A DNA stretch of 64,000 nt. Source: Thermoanaerobaculia bacterium. Its GTDB lineage: Bacteria > Acidobacteriota > Thermoanaerobaculia > UBA5066. Positions 38,961 through 48,345 of this stretch are shown piece after piece (positions within the stretch are counted from its first letter, which is position 1; each line of letters starts with the position of its first letter). The notes under the pieces are model-generated. The model saw only the letters and a program-made list of their open reading frames with translations. It did no database searches and was not told where the DNA came from. The translations under genes were made by a program, and so were the position numbers. The stretch lies in assembly GCA_963719225.1 (NCBI GenBank), contig CAVRAY010000001.1, forward strand, positions 352,001-416,000, in the 5' to 3' direction.

Positions 38961-41365
38961 GGAACGTCCACGGGCGGGATCTTCAGCCGGCGGACGATGG
39001 CCTGGAAGCGGGGCTCGGAGCGCAGCGGCACCCACGGCGAGAAAACTCGGAGAAACACGAGGCGGCCTTCTCTCTCGTCGGCGGCTTTCTCCAGCCAGTC
39101 CAGCGCTTTTTGCCTGTGGCCGAGGCCGACCTCCAGGAGCACGAAAGCGAGCGGAGAGACGAACCGCTCCTTCGACATTGCCTCGAGCTTGTGAAGAGCG
39201 TCCTCGGCCTCGGCACGCCTTTCGACGCGCGCGCAGGCGTATCCCCAGGCGGCGAGCGGATCCGGCTGGCCCTCCGCGAGCTTCATGGCGCGCGTGAACT
39301 CCGAAATGGCTTCGTCGGAGTGTCCCGCCCGGAGCTGGGAAAAGCCTAGGAAGATCCGCGTCAACGGGGACGCCGGGTCCAGGTCGACCGCTTCCTTGAG
39401 CCTCGTCACCGCTTCTGCGTCATCCCCGGCGAAGTACGACGCCATTCCCACGTCCATGTTGATGACGACGTTCAGCGGGTCGAGCCGGCGCGCGAGGCGG
39501 ATCTCCCGGAGGGATTCCTCGAAGCGGCTCGACGCGCTGAGGAGGTTCGAGTACCGCTGGTGCGCTTCCGCGTCGTTCGGATTGAGGGCGATCGCGGTGA
39601 GGAATCCCTCTTCCGCGCCCTTCCAGTCCCAGTCGAACTCGTACTTCGCGTCCGCGAGCGCGGCGTGCGCACCGCTCAACGTCGGATCGAGCTCCACGGC
39701 GCGGAGAGCCGCCTCGCGCTGCTTCGGTAGGATCTCGCGGGGCGGCTGCACGCCGTAGAACGCGAGGACGTTGTACAAGTCCGCGAGGCCCGCCCACGCG
39801 AGCGCTTCTTTCGGGTCGCGCTCGAGGACTTTCTGGAAGAGGGCGAGACTCTTCTGGTAGCCCTCTTCAGTCCGCTTGTTCCACTGGTACCGAGCGCGCA
39901 GGTAGAGGTCCCAGGCCTCGGCGTCGTGCGCCGCGCGGCCGGCGAGGCGTTTCTTGTCCGCCCCGCTCAGCGGGAGGTTCAGCGATCGCGAGATCTTCTG
40001 CGCGATCTCGGCGGGCAGGGAGGACGTGCCGGCGTTCGGGCTCGTGAGCCGATCCCCCCAGATCTGCGCGCCAAGCTGCACGTCGAGGAGCTCGGCCTGT
40101 ACCGAGATGGCGTTCTCACGGCGCTGCACGCGTCCGGACAGGACGGCCTGGACTCCAAGCCTATGTCCGGCCTTACGGGGATCCTTCTCGTCGAGGCTGT
40201 ACACGGTCGTCCGCGCCATCACGCGCAGCCCGGGCACCCGGGACAGGGTGTTGATGAGGTCCTCCGTGATGCCCTCGGACAGATACTCGTCCTCGGTTCT
40301 TCCCGTGTCGTTGACGAACGGAAGGACGGCGAGGGATTCGACTCGTTCGGAAGGCCGAAGGAGGCGCGGCACGACGAGCGCCACGAGAGCGGCTGCCGCG
40401 ACGAGGCACGCGGCGATGAGCGCGGTGCGGCGCCCGCCCTTCGCTGCCGGCGAAGGCGTCACGAGCGTCGGCGCGATGGGCTCGCTCCGCGCCACGGGGC
40501 CCGAAGCCGTGCCCGCGAGCTTCAGCGCAAACGCGAGATCCTGCGCCGTCTGAAACCTCCTCCCCGGGTCCTTTTCGAGGCAGCGCAGGACGAGCAGCCG
40601 CAGATCCTCGGGGAGGCCGGGCGCGAGATCGGCGGGATCCCGGGGATCCTTGCGCAACGTGGCGACCAGAACTTCCGGGGCGGTTTCTCCCGCGAAAGAC
40701 CGCTTGCCCGTCACCATCTCGTAGAGAACACAGCCGAACGAGAAAATGTCGCTGCGCGCATCCGCGGAGTGGCGCCGGATCTGTTCCGGCGAGATGTAGC
40801 CCGCCGTACCCACGAGGGTCCCGGTCTCGGTGATCGGCGTGTCGTCTTCCGCCCGGCCCGGATCCGTGTCGCGCGCTTCGAGCGTGGCGATTCCGAAGTC
40901 GAGGATCTTCACGCGCCCGTCCGAGGTCAGAAAGATGTTGCTGGGCTTCAGATCGCGGTGGACGACGCCGTGCGCGTGCGCGGCCGCGAGACCGTCGGCG
41001 ACGGCGAGGCCGATCTCGACCGCCTTCCGCCAGGGGAGGGAGCTGCGAAGCGCGCCCTGCCCCAGCCTCTCGCCCAGGGTCTGGCCCTCGAGCAGCTCCG
41101 TGACCGCGAAGGAGAGTCCGGCCTCGGAGCCCACGTCGTGGATGTCGAGGATGTTCGGATGCGAGAGGGCCGCCACGGCGCGCGCCTCGCGCTCGAACCG
41201 CGCGCGCGCTGCCGTATCGAGGGCGAGAGTCTCGGAAAGGACTTTTACGGCGACTTCGCGGCCGAGTCGCGTGTCGCGTGCGCGGTAGACCTCGCCCATC
41301 CCGCCGGCACCGATGGGTGCCAGGATTTCATAGGCTCCGAGGCGAGTTCCCTCGCGCAGGGTCAA
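38957..41365 (-). CDS. Ser/Thr kinase with TM, TolB-N-like and TPR domains
   Basis: GAGGMGEV, HRDLKPSN, DFG, YISPE, a TM helix, 'SLAVLPFVN' and TPR repeats. Confidence 0.92.
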   Translation of the reverse strand: MTLREGTRLGAYEILAPIGAGGMGEVYRARDTRLGREVAVKVLSETLALDTAARARFEREARAVAALSHPNILDIHDVGSEAGLSFAVTELLEGQTLGERLGQGALRSSLPWRKAVEIGLAVADGLAAAHAHGVVHRDLKPSNIFLTSDGRVKILDFGIATLEARDTDPGRAEDDTPITETGTLVGTAGYISPEQIRRHSADARSDIFSFGCVLYEMVTGKRSFAGETAPEVLVATLRKDPRDPADLAPGLPEDLRLLVLRCLEKDPGRRFQTAQDLAFALKLAGTASGPVARSEPIAPTLVTPSPAAKGGRRTALIAACLVAAAALVALVVPRLLRPSERVESLAVLPFVNDTGRTEDEYLSEGITEDLINTLSRVPGLRVMARTTVYSLDEKDPRKAGHRLGVQAVLSGRVQRRENAISVQAELLDVQLGAQIWGDRLTSPNAGTSSLPAEIAQKISRSLNLPLSGADKKRLAGRAAHDAEAWDLYLRARYQWNKRTEEGYQKSLALFQKVLERDPKEALAWAGLADLYNVLAFYGVQPPREILPKQREAALRAVELDPTLSGAHAALADAKYEFDWDWKGAEEGFLTAIALNPNDAEAHQRYSNLLSASSRFEESLREIRLARRLDPLNVVINMDVGMASYFAGDDAEAVTRLKEAVDLDPASPLTRIFLGFSQLRAGHSDEAISEFTRAMKLAEGQPDPLAAWGYACARVERRAEAEDALHKLEAMSKERFVSPLAFVLLEVGLGHRQKALDWLEKAADEREGRLVFLRVFSPWVPLRSEPRFQAIVRRLKIPPVDVP

Positions 41366-41398
41366 GCTGACTCCAGGGAATTCTATTCTCGACGCTGT

Positions 41399-42682
41399 TC
41401 AGAACTCCTTCGTGAACGAGAAATACACGGCGTTGCGGCCCGCGGACCCCGCGTCGTTCTGCCGACTCTCGAGGCCGAAGTTGCGCGAGAAGAAGAGCTC
41501 GATCGTGGAGCTCCAGAGGAACCCGCTCGTGAGTCCGACCGTAATGCCGTTGAGAGTGTCCGTTCGGCTCACGAACCCTCCCTGCGCGTCGAGACGGAGG
41601 CGGTCCGCGAGCGCCAGCGTTCCGCGCGCCGAGAGGAAGAGGAAGAACGTCGCTTCGAAGCGGTACTCGAGGTTCAGGATGCCGTAGCCCCGCGTCGCGA
41701 TCTCGTCGAAGGCGGCCGCGGGAAGAATGGGCTGCGAGAGGCTCTCGAAATCGCCGGCGTTGGATCCTCCCGACAGACGCAGCGCGGAAAAGCGATCCAG
41801 GTTCGAGCCCGCGCCGCCGTATGCCGAGACGAGAAGCCGGTGACGCTCGCTGTTCACGAACGGGACGGGAAGCGCCGCCAGCGCGTAGACGCTGACCGCC
41901 GACCAGCTCCGCGTCCCATCGGCCGGGTGCTGCCCTGTCGGACCTCCGCCCCAGTCCTGCCAGCCGGCACGATGCGCCCAGACGGCGTCGAGCCCCCCGC
42001 CGAAGCCCCGGTGGGGAAGCTCGAGAAGATTCCGCTCGAACGCGTCCACCCTGAGGCGGCCGTGAACGCGGCCCTCGTACGCATCCGAGGGAGGGCGGAA
42101 GGAATCGCTCGTGTCTGAGCCGCGCCGGAAGAAGAGGAAGCCGGGCTCGTACGTCAGCGCGGCCTCGACCGCGTTGTCCTGGAGAGACGGAGCGATCGTG
42201 AAGCGCGTCCCGAGGCCGACGCCCGCACGCACCAAGGACCACTCCAGCTCCTCGGACGCGATCCGGCGCCCCTCGACGTATTCCGAGCGCGCCCACGGGA
42301 GAGTCGTGTTCTCGAAGGTGAGGACGCTCTCGAGATTCCTGGAAAGCTTCCGGTTCCAGCGGACGTCGTCATAGACGCCCAGGAGAATCCCGCGGAAGCG
42401 CTCCTGGCCGCAATTCCGGTTCCTCCACAGAACCAGCGCTCCCTGCGGAACGAGCGTCCGGTTCTCGGGGCCATCCGGAATCCACTGGAGCGCGGCCCAG
42501 AGCTCGGTGACGTGCGATCGGTCCCGCGGCGAGACCTCGACGGTCCTGCCGAACACCGAGCCCGTGAAGGCCTCGCCGGCCCGCGGGGTGCGGTCTTCAG
42601 CCGGCGATACGGCGGGCCACAGGAGGGTGCCGCAGCCGAAGAGGCAGAGCAGAAACGCCCGGCCGGCTCTCATGTCGATCAC
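41399..42682 (-). CDS. Putative outer-membrane beta-barrel protein
   Basis: Signal peptide, amphipathic beta-strand pattern and C-terminal Phe ('YFSFTKEF'). Confidence 0.6.
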   Translation of the reverse strand: MIDMRAGRAFLLCLFGCGTLLWPAVSPAEDRTPRAGEAFTGSVFGRTVEVSPRDRSHVTELWAALQWIPDGPENRTLVPQGALVLWRNRNCGQERFRGILLGVYDDVRWNRKLSRNLESVLTFENTTLPWARSEYVEGRRIASEELEWSLVRAGVGLGTRFTIAPSLQDNAVEAALTYEPGFLFFRRGSDTSDSFRPPSDAYEGRVHGRLRVDAFERNLLELPHRGFGGGLDAVWAHRAGWQDWGGGPTGQHPADGTRSWSAVSVYALAALPVPFVNSERHRLLVSAYGGAGSNLDRFSALRLSGGSNAGDFESLSQPILPAAAFDEIATRGYGILNLEYRFEATFFLFLSARGTLALADRLRLDAQGGFVSRTDTLNGITVGLTSGFLWSSTIELFFSRNFGLESRQNDAGSAGRNAVYFSFTKEF

Positions 42683-42751
42683 TTTCCCTATCTCCTACAG
42701 GCTGTTCAGAAGGTGGGCGGCGGGCACGAAGCTGTAAATGATGAGGATGAG

Positions 42752-43312
42752 CTAAAGATCCCCGGCGGAGCTCACCGCGTCGCCCCTTTCGCTCGACGGC
42801 GACGAGCTGGTGAGCGAGACCGGCTCGAGGCGGAGGACGACGAGCGGCGGATCGAGCTTGTATGCGGCTCCGTTGCCGTTGTCGATGAGAAATCCGGCGC
42901 CGGAGAGCGCCACGCCCCCGATGACGGCGCCGGTTGCAGCCCCTTCGAAGGCCAGAAAGCCCGAGTCGCTCCTGTGGCCGATGGTGCCCCCCGCGACGAT
43001 CCCGACGGGAATGCCGATCGCGTTGAGCCAATCCCAGCCCGAATCCTTCCGCGTTAACGCGACGCGCTTCGTCACGTAGCCGTCTTTCTCGACGACGATC
43101 TCGAGGGCTTTCTCCTTTCTCTTCAGCTTCAGGACGCCGGGAGTCGTGATCTTCTGATCTCCCACGGAGGCGGTCGCCCCCGGCGGCTCGGTCTCGACGC
43201 GCACTTCCTGGTGCACGCCATGGATCATGGTGGCGCAACCTGAAAGGAACGGAGCAAGGACCAGCACGAGGGACACTCCGGAAGGTCGGAGACCTTTGCA
43301 ACGAGCGTTCAT
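42752..43312 (-). CDS. PEGA-domain lipoprotein
   Basis: Lipobox 'LSGC'; 'VETEPPGATA', 'TTP', 'KDGY'. Confidence 0.75.
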   Translation of the reverse strand: MNARCKGLRPSGVSLVLVLAPFLSGCATMIHGVHQEVRVETEPPGATASVGDQKITTPGVLKLKRKEKALEIVVEKDGYVTKRVALTRKDSGWDWLNAIGIPVGIVAGGTIGHRSDSGFLAFEGAATGAVIGGVALSGAGFLIDNGNGAAYKLDPPLVVLRLEPVSLTSSSPSSERGDAVSSAGDL

Positions 43313-43365
43313 GGCGTTTCTCCTTTTCTCTTTGGAAAAGGTGGAGCTGCTCGCCGCCGACTGTC

Positions 43366-43402
43366 TTCAGGGAATTTCCGGGTTCTTCTGGTATTTTTCG
43401 AG
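43366..43402. promoter_or_regulatory. Phased direct repeats in the divergent intergenic region
   Basis: TTCAGG (43366), TTCCGG (43376), TTCTGG (43386) and TTCGAG (43397), spaced 10-11 bp apart. Confidence 0.5.
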
Positions 43403-43408
43403 AAACCC

Positions 43409-44086
43409 ATGCGCCTCGGGTTTGGGGATTGCGTCTTCGACTCGGACACGCGCGAGCTCGCGCGTGGAGGCAAACCTGTTCACGTTTCCCCGAAGGCCTT
43501 CCGCCTGCTCGAGCTGCTCCTGAAGAGCCGCCCCCGCGCGCTCTCGAAGACCGAGCTCAAGGACGCGATCTGGCCGAAGACGTTCGTCCTCGAGACGAAT
43601 CTCGCGAACCTCGCGGCAGAGCTGCGCGCCGCCACCGGCGAGAAAGGCCGGCAGTCCCGCTTCATCCGGACGGTCCACGGCTTCGGCTACGCGTTCTCGG
43701 GCGAGGTCCGGGAAGAGGGGGACCCGGCGCGGGAAGTCGAGGCGTCCTTCCGCCTGCTTGCGGGAGAAGAAGAGTTCCGCCTTCGGGAAGGCAGGACGAT
43801 CGTCGGGCGCGACAGGTCCGCCGGCGTGTTCCTCGACGACTCCACGGTCTCGCGGAGGCATGCGCGTCTCGTCGTCGACGGACCGAGGGTCACGATCGAG
43901 GATCTGGGCAGCAAGAACGGAACGTTCGTCTCCGGCCGCAAAGTGGAAGGCGTGTCGGCCTTGGAGGACGGAGACGAGATCCAGGTCGGATCGGTCTTTG
44001 TGACCTTCCAGACGGCGCCCGAAGGCCGTTCGACGGCCACCGCGCGACGGAAGTCGACGGCCTCGCGGCGGCTGAGAGCCTTGTAG
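43409..44086 (+). CDS. OmpR-type winged-helix + FHA-domain regulator
   Basis: 'IRTVHGFGYAF' wHTH motif; FHA motifs 'VGR', 'VSRRHA', 'SKNGTFV'. Confidence 0.9.
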   Translation: MRLGFGDCVFDSDTRELARGGKPVHVSPKAFRLLELLLKSRPRALSKTELKDAIWPKTFVLETNLANLAAELRAATGEKGRQSRFIRTVHGFGYAFSGEVREEGDPAREVEASFRLLAGEEEFRLREGRTIVGRDRSAGVFLDDSTVSRRHARLVVDGPRVTIEDLGSKNGTFVSGRKVEGVSALEDGDEIQVGSVFVTFQTAPEGRSTATARRKSTASRRLRAL

Positions 44087-44120
44087 AGCGCTCGCCAGCC
44101 CTCCTCGCCCGCGCCTCCCG

Positions 44121-44176
44121 TTGACAGGGTCCGCAGAGAGTGTATGCTTCCCGTGATTAGACCGATCGGTCTAATC
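44121..44176 (+). promoter_or_regulatory. Sigma70 promoter with a perfect 22-bp TetR/NemR-type operator
   Basis: TTGACA (44121) and TATGCT (44143). GATTAGACCGATCGGTCTAATC at 44155-44176 matches TAGACC-N4-GGTCTA. Confidence 0.85.
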
Positions 44177-44205
44177 CGAAGGCGCAATCGAAAGGAGGTA
44201 CGGTC

Positions 44206-44592
44206 ATGCGGGTGGCGAAGGACAACGTGGATGTCAGGATCGAGATTCCGGGGGCCGTGGTCCGGCAGCGGATGAACTTCGGCGATGCGAACGGATTGGA
44301 CAAGCTGAGCGGCGAGTATTTCACGCTCGCGGCGGGCGTGGACACCACCCCGCTCTTCAGGGGATTGGAGGGCGACCTCTGTCAGTGTCCGCACTGGGGC
44401 TTCGTCCTGCGCGGGCAGCTCACGACGACGGACGCCAGCGGTGCACAGGAGACGGTGAAGACGAACGATCTCTTTTACTGGCCGCCCGGTCACAACGTCA
44501 GGGTCGACACGGACGCGGAGATCGTCATGTTCAGCCCACAGCGCGAGCACAGCCGGGTGATCGCGCATATGATCGAGAAAGTCAAACAGTAG
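44206..44592 (+). CDS. Cupin-fold protein
   Basis: AGGAGG RBS; 'CQCPHWGFVLRG', 'FYWPPGH'. Confidence 0.8.
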   Translation: MRVAKDNVDVRIEIPGAVVRQRMNFGDANGLDKLSGEYFTLAAGVDTTPLFRGLEGDLCQCPHWGFVLRGQLTTTDASGAQETVKTNDLFYWPPGHNVRVDTDAEIVMFSPQREHSRVIAHMIEKVKQ

Positions 44593-44620
44593 TTCGTTTG
44601 CGGGACGACGCCTGGCGCTC

Positions 44621-45199
44621 ATGACGCATCCGACCAAGCAGCGCCTGCTCGACGTCGGATTGACCATGCTTCTCGAGCATGGCTACAACGATCTGGGCAT
44701 CCAGGAACTGCTCGCGGCGACGGGCACTCCGAAGGGATCCTTTTACCATCACTTCCGTGACAAAGAGGACTTCGCGCTCCAGGTCATCGACCAGTACATG
44801 GGGAATGTACACGGGGCCCTCGACGCCTGTCTCGGCGACGAGGGCCGTCCCCCGTTGGGACGCGTGCGCCGGTTTTTCGAGCTGACGCAAGAGCACTACA
44901 GGAAGGAAGGCTACATGGGATGCCTGCTTGGGGGGCTCGGGCAGGAACTGTCGGGCGTGAGCGACACGTTCCGACGCAAGATCGAGGGGTGCTTCTCCGA
45001 GATCGCCAGGCGAATCGCGGGATGCCTGGAAGAAGCCCGGAAACGGGGCGACATCCATGCCGACTCGGATACGCGGCGCATGGCGAGCGTACTGGTCAAT
45101 TGCTGGGAGGGCGCGGCGCTCCGAAGCCGGCTGCGGGGGAACGCGGCTCCGCTGACTGCGATGCTCGACTTCTACTTCCAGTCGGTTGTCCGCCGGTGA
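44621..45199 (+). CDS. TetR-family regulator (NemR-like)
   Basis: 'PKGSFYHHFRDKEDF', 'GCLLG', 'WEGA'. Confidence 0.9.
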   Translation: MTHPTKQRLLDVGLTMLLEHGYNDLGIQELLAATGTPKGSFYHHFRDKEDFALQVIDQYMGNVHGALDACLGDEGRPPLGRVRRFFELTQEHYRKEGYMGCLLGGLGQELSGVSDTFRRKIEGCFSEIARRIAGCLEEARKRGDIHADSDTRRMASVLVNCWEGAALRSRLRGNAAPLTAMLDFYFQSVVRR

Positions 45200-45231
45200 G
45201 AAAGGGTGAATAACCTCCTGAGCACCAGCAG

Positions 45232-45474
45232 CTAGCCGCCCGCGACGGGCGGCAGGAGCGCGACGGTGTCGCCCGGCGCGACGGGGTCGGTTTCCCGGGC
45301 CCAGGACTCGTTGACCGCGACCTTCGCACGCGTCCCGAAGCGCGCGATGGCGGGATGCGCGGCCTCGAGAGCGCGCCTCAGCGTCGTGACCGTGGCCGGC
45401 TCGGGGATCTCGACGGAGATGCAGGGACCCACGTCATCCTTCAGCGAAGCGAAGAGGAGGACGTCGACGCGCAC
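45232..45474 (-). CDS. moaD: Molybdopterin synthase sulfur carrier
   Basis: 80 aa; 'LFASLKD', 'AVNE' and C-terminal 'LLPPVAGG'. Confidence 0.9.
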   Translation of the reverse strand: MRVDVLLFASLKDDVGPCISVEIPEPATVTTLRRALEAAHPAIARFGTRAKVAVNESWARETDPVAPGDTVALLPPVAGG

Positions 45475-45505
45475 AGGGGAATTCTAGTGTTCCCCGTCGG
45501 GGCGA

Positions 45506-47482
45506 TCAGCGATAGAAGCCATTCACGTCCAGGACGACATGGACGGAGCCGGGAGAGGCGTTCCACACGGTCACGGTTCCGTCCGGCGTTCCTCCAAGAG
45601 CGACATGGGCGTTGTTCGCCCGCGTCTGGCCTGCGGCGAAGCTGAGGATCGCGGTCTGCGGGGCCGCGAGACCCGCCGGGTAGACGTCCACGAAGCCGGC
45701 GGCCTGTGGCTGGGTCACGGTGACGTTGAGGGAGATGGCCACCGCGTCCGCGGGAATCGCGCAGATGCCCGCTACGGCGAAGTCACGCGCGGACGTTGCG
45801 GCGAGCGCCGACCCCAGGATGCGCGTGTCGACGAGCCGGCATGGCGCAAGGGGCGTGAGCTTGAGAGAGGAACCGAACGTCACGGGCGCATAGAGGAACG
45901 CGTCCACGCTGCCGTTGAGGTCCGAAGCGGCGAGGTCCGTCGCGAGGCTGTCGAATGCCACGAGGTTCCCGTCCGCGCTCAGGAGCGGGCCCGTCGAGTC
46001 CCCGTTGCCGGCCACGCCGGGCGCAACCGGCCTCCGGCTCGCGAGCTGCGTCTTCCCGCCGGTTCGGTCGAAGACGAAGACGTTGACGAAGCCGTTCGTC
46101 GGGTTGGGCACGAGGTCCTGGGCCCGGCTCTCAAAGGCGATCCGGCTCCCGTTCGCGTTGATCGCGGGGTTGAAAGACTCCTGGCTTCCGGTCTGCGATG
46201 CCGCGACGATGCCCATGCTCACCAGCGTGTTGCTTCCCGAGGTGCGGTCGAAGACAAAGACGTCGTACATCGAGCCATTCGGGTCCGCCTGGCCCGCTAC
46301 GAGGCTGACCGAGGTGCTCGCATAGGCCACGGCGCTGCCGTCCGCACTGATCTTCGGGAACACGGAGTGGCCGTCGGCGGTCGTCTTCGCGTCGCCGGGC
46401 GCGCGGCTCACGAGAATCGTCGTGTCGCTCGTCCTGTCCCAGAGAAGGACGTCGCCGAGGAACATGTTCGCGTCGACCATCTGTGGAACGATGTCGCTCG
46501 CGGAACTCATGTAGGCGACGAAGCGTCCGTCTGCGGTGATGCTGGGGGCCTGCGAGAAGGAATTTCCGGACGACGCCGGCGCTCCCGCGACGTGGCTCAC
46601 GAGGGTCGTGCTCCCCGTGACGCGATCGAAGAGGAAGACATCGGGGAACTGGAATCCAGGCGGGTCCACCTGTCCCGGGACGAGGTCCGACGCGGTGCTC
46701 GGGAAGGCGATATACCGCGCGTCGGCGCTCAAGACAAATTCGCTGACTGCGGCGTTCCCCGTCCGCGAGACGAATCCGGCCGCGTGGCTCACGAGAGTCA
46801 CCTGGCCCGTGAGCCGGTCGAACAGGAAGACGTCCGGCTCGGACGGATCGTGCGCGAGGAGCTCGGCCGTCACGAGGTTCGTCGCCTGGCTCAGGAAGGC
46901 GACAAAGTGGCCGTCGGCGCTGACGAACGGGGAATGAGACAGCGCGTTGCCGCCTGTGAGCACGCTTCCCGGGACGTGGCTCACGAGCTGGTTGGCCCCG
47001 CTGAGGCGGTCGTAGAGGAAGACGTTGCCATCCGGGTTTCCGGCCGTCATGCCCGCGACGACGTTCGTCGACTGGCCTGAATACGCGACCCAACGCCCGT
47101 CCGCGCTGATCGTCGACGAGGACGAGAAAGCGTTCGCGGTCGTGGTCGGAGAGGCTGGAGCGTGGCTCACGATCGACGTGGCCCCCGTCGTTCTGTCCGT
47201 CAGATAGACGGCGGCATAACCGTCGTTGACTTGACCGGGGACGAGGTCGACACCCCAGCTCGCAAAAGTGACCCAGCGAGCGTCGGCGCTGAAGCACGAG
47301 ACGGACCTCGCGCCCGCGGCCGAAACGAAGCTGAGTCCGTCCGGGGTCGAGCCGGGCACGCCGTCACGGTGAGCGAGAGGTCGAACATCGTAGGCAGACG
47401 CCGGCGCGCAACTCGCGACCAGCGCCAGGGCGGCCAGGAAGGGCCGATGTCGCACGACGACGCGATCATATTCTCGATGCAT
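45506..47482 (-). CDS. Secreted TolB/PD40-like beta-propeller protein
   Basis: Repeats 'ISADGR.VA(F/Y).S...DVFLFDR..G...LVS' and a C-terminal 'PCRLVDTR...LDVNGFY' domain. Start codon uncertain. Confidence 0.8.
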   Translation of the reverse strand: MHREYDRVVVRHRPFLAALALVASCAPASAYDVRPLAHRDGVPGSTPDGLSFVSAAGARSVSCFSADARWVTFASWGVDLVPGQVNDGYAAVYLTDRTTGATSIVSHAPASPTTTANAFSSSSTISADGRWVAYSGQSTNVVAGMTAGNPDGNVFLYDRLSGANQLVSHVPGSVLTGGNALSHSPFVSADGHFVAFLSQATNLVTAELLAHDPSEPDVFLFDRLTGQVTLVSHAAGFVSRTGNAAVSEFVLSADARYIAFPSTASDLVPGQVDPPGFQFPDVFLFDRVTGSTTLVSHVAGAPASSGNSFSQAPSITADGRFVAYMSSASDIVPQMVDANMFLGDVLLWDRTSDTTILVSRAPGDAKTTADGHSVFPKISADGSAVAYASTSVSLVAGQADPNGSMYDVFVFDRTSGSNTLVSMGIVAASQTGSQESFNPAINANGSRIAFESRAQDLVPNPTNGFVNVFVFDRTGGKTQLASRRPVAPGVAGNGDSTGPLLSADGNLVAFDSLATDLAASDLNGSVDAFLYAPVTFGSSLKLTPLAPCRLVDTRILGSALAATSARDFAVAGICAIPADAVAISLNVTVTQPQAAGFVDVYPAGLAAPQTAILSFAAGQTRANNAHVALGGTPDGTVTVWNASPGSVHVVLDVNGFYR

Positions 47483-47559
47483 CTCCGCCCTCGACTCTAG
47501 AGTGGGGCGGGACGCAAAAGCATTTCACCGCCTAGAATCGCCGGCTCGGAGGTCGCGTC

Positions 47560-48345
47560 ATGGCGGAGGGACGTCTCACCGGAAAGAACGCGCTCGTGAC
47601 GGGAGCGGGCAGGGGAATCGGCCGGGCCATCGCGCTGCGGCTCGCCGAGGAAGGCGCGCACGTGGCGGTCGGGGCGCGCAAGGAAAGCGACGGCGCGGCC
47701 GTCGTGGCCGAGATCCAGCGTGCCGGAGGCTCGGCAATTGCCGTCCTCCTCGACGTCGTGGACGCCGCCTCCGTCGCGACGGGGGTCGAGCGAGCCGCAC
47801 GCCCGAACCGGCGCCTCGACATTCTCGTGAACAACGCGGGCGTCGGCGGTCCGACTCCCTTCGACGGCGACGAACGCTCCGACGAGGCCTGGCAGCGGAT
47901 TCTCGACGTCAACCTCACGGGCACCTGGCGCGTCTGCCGCGCGGCGCGGCCGTTCCTTCCCGACGGCGGGCGTGTCGTGAACCTGTCCTCGGTGACGGGA
48001 CGCTTCGGGGTCCCCGGCATGGCGGCGTACAGCGCGTCCAAGCACGCCATCATCGGGCTCACACGCACGCTCGCGCTGGAGCTCGCTCCGCGGAAGATCA
48101 CCGTGAACGCCCTCTGTCCGGGGTGGGTCGACACGGACATGGGGCGCTCCGGCATCCTCCTCATGGGCAAGTCCATGGGGAAGAACGTGGAAGAGGCCTT
48201 CGCGCTCGCCGCTAAGATGGCGCCTCTCGGCGAGGTCCTCTCGTCGCCCGAGGTCGCGGGACTCGTCGCGTATCTCGTGTCCCCCGAAGCGAAGAACGTG
48301 ACGGGCCAGGCCATCGTGATCGACGGCGGCCAGGTGATGCCCTGA
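47560..48345 (+). CDS. Short-chain dehydrogenase/reductase
   Basis: TGAGRGIG, NNAG, YSASK, 'IVIDGG'. Confidence 0.92.
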   Translation: MAEGRLTGKNALVTGAGRGIGRAIALRLAEEGAHVAVGARKESDGAAVVAEIQRAGGSAIAVLLDVVDAASVATGVERAARPNRRLDILVNNAGVGGPTPFDGDERSDEAWQRILDVNLTGTWRVCRAARPFLPDGGRVVNLSSVTGRFGVPGMAAYSASKHAIIGLTRTLALELAPRKITVNALCPGWVDTDMGRSGILLMGKSMGKNVEEAFALAAKMAPLGEVLSSPEVAGLVAYLVSPEAKNVTGQAIVIDGGQVMP

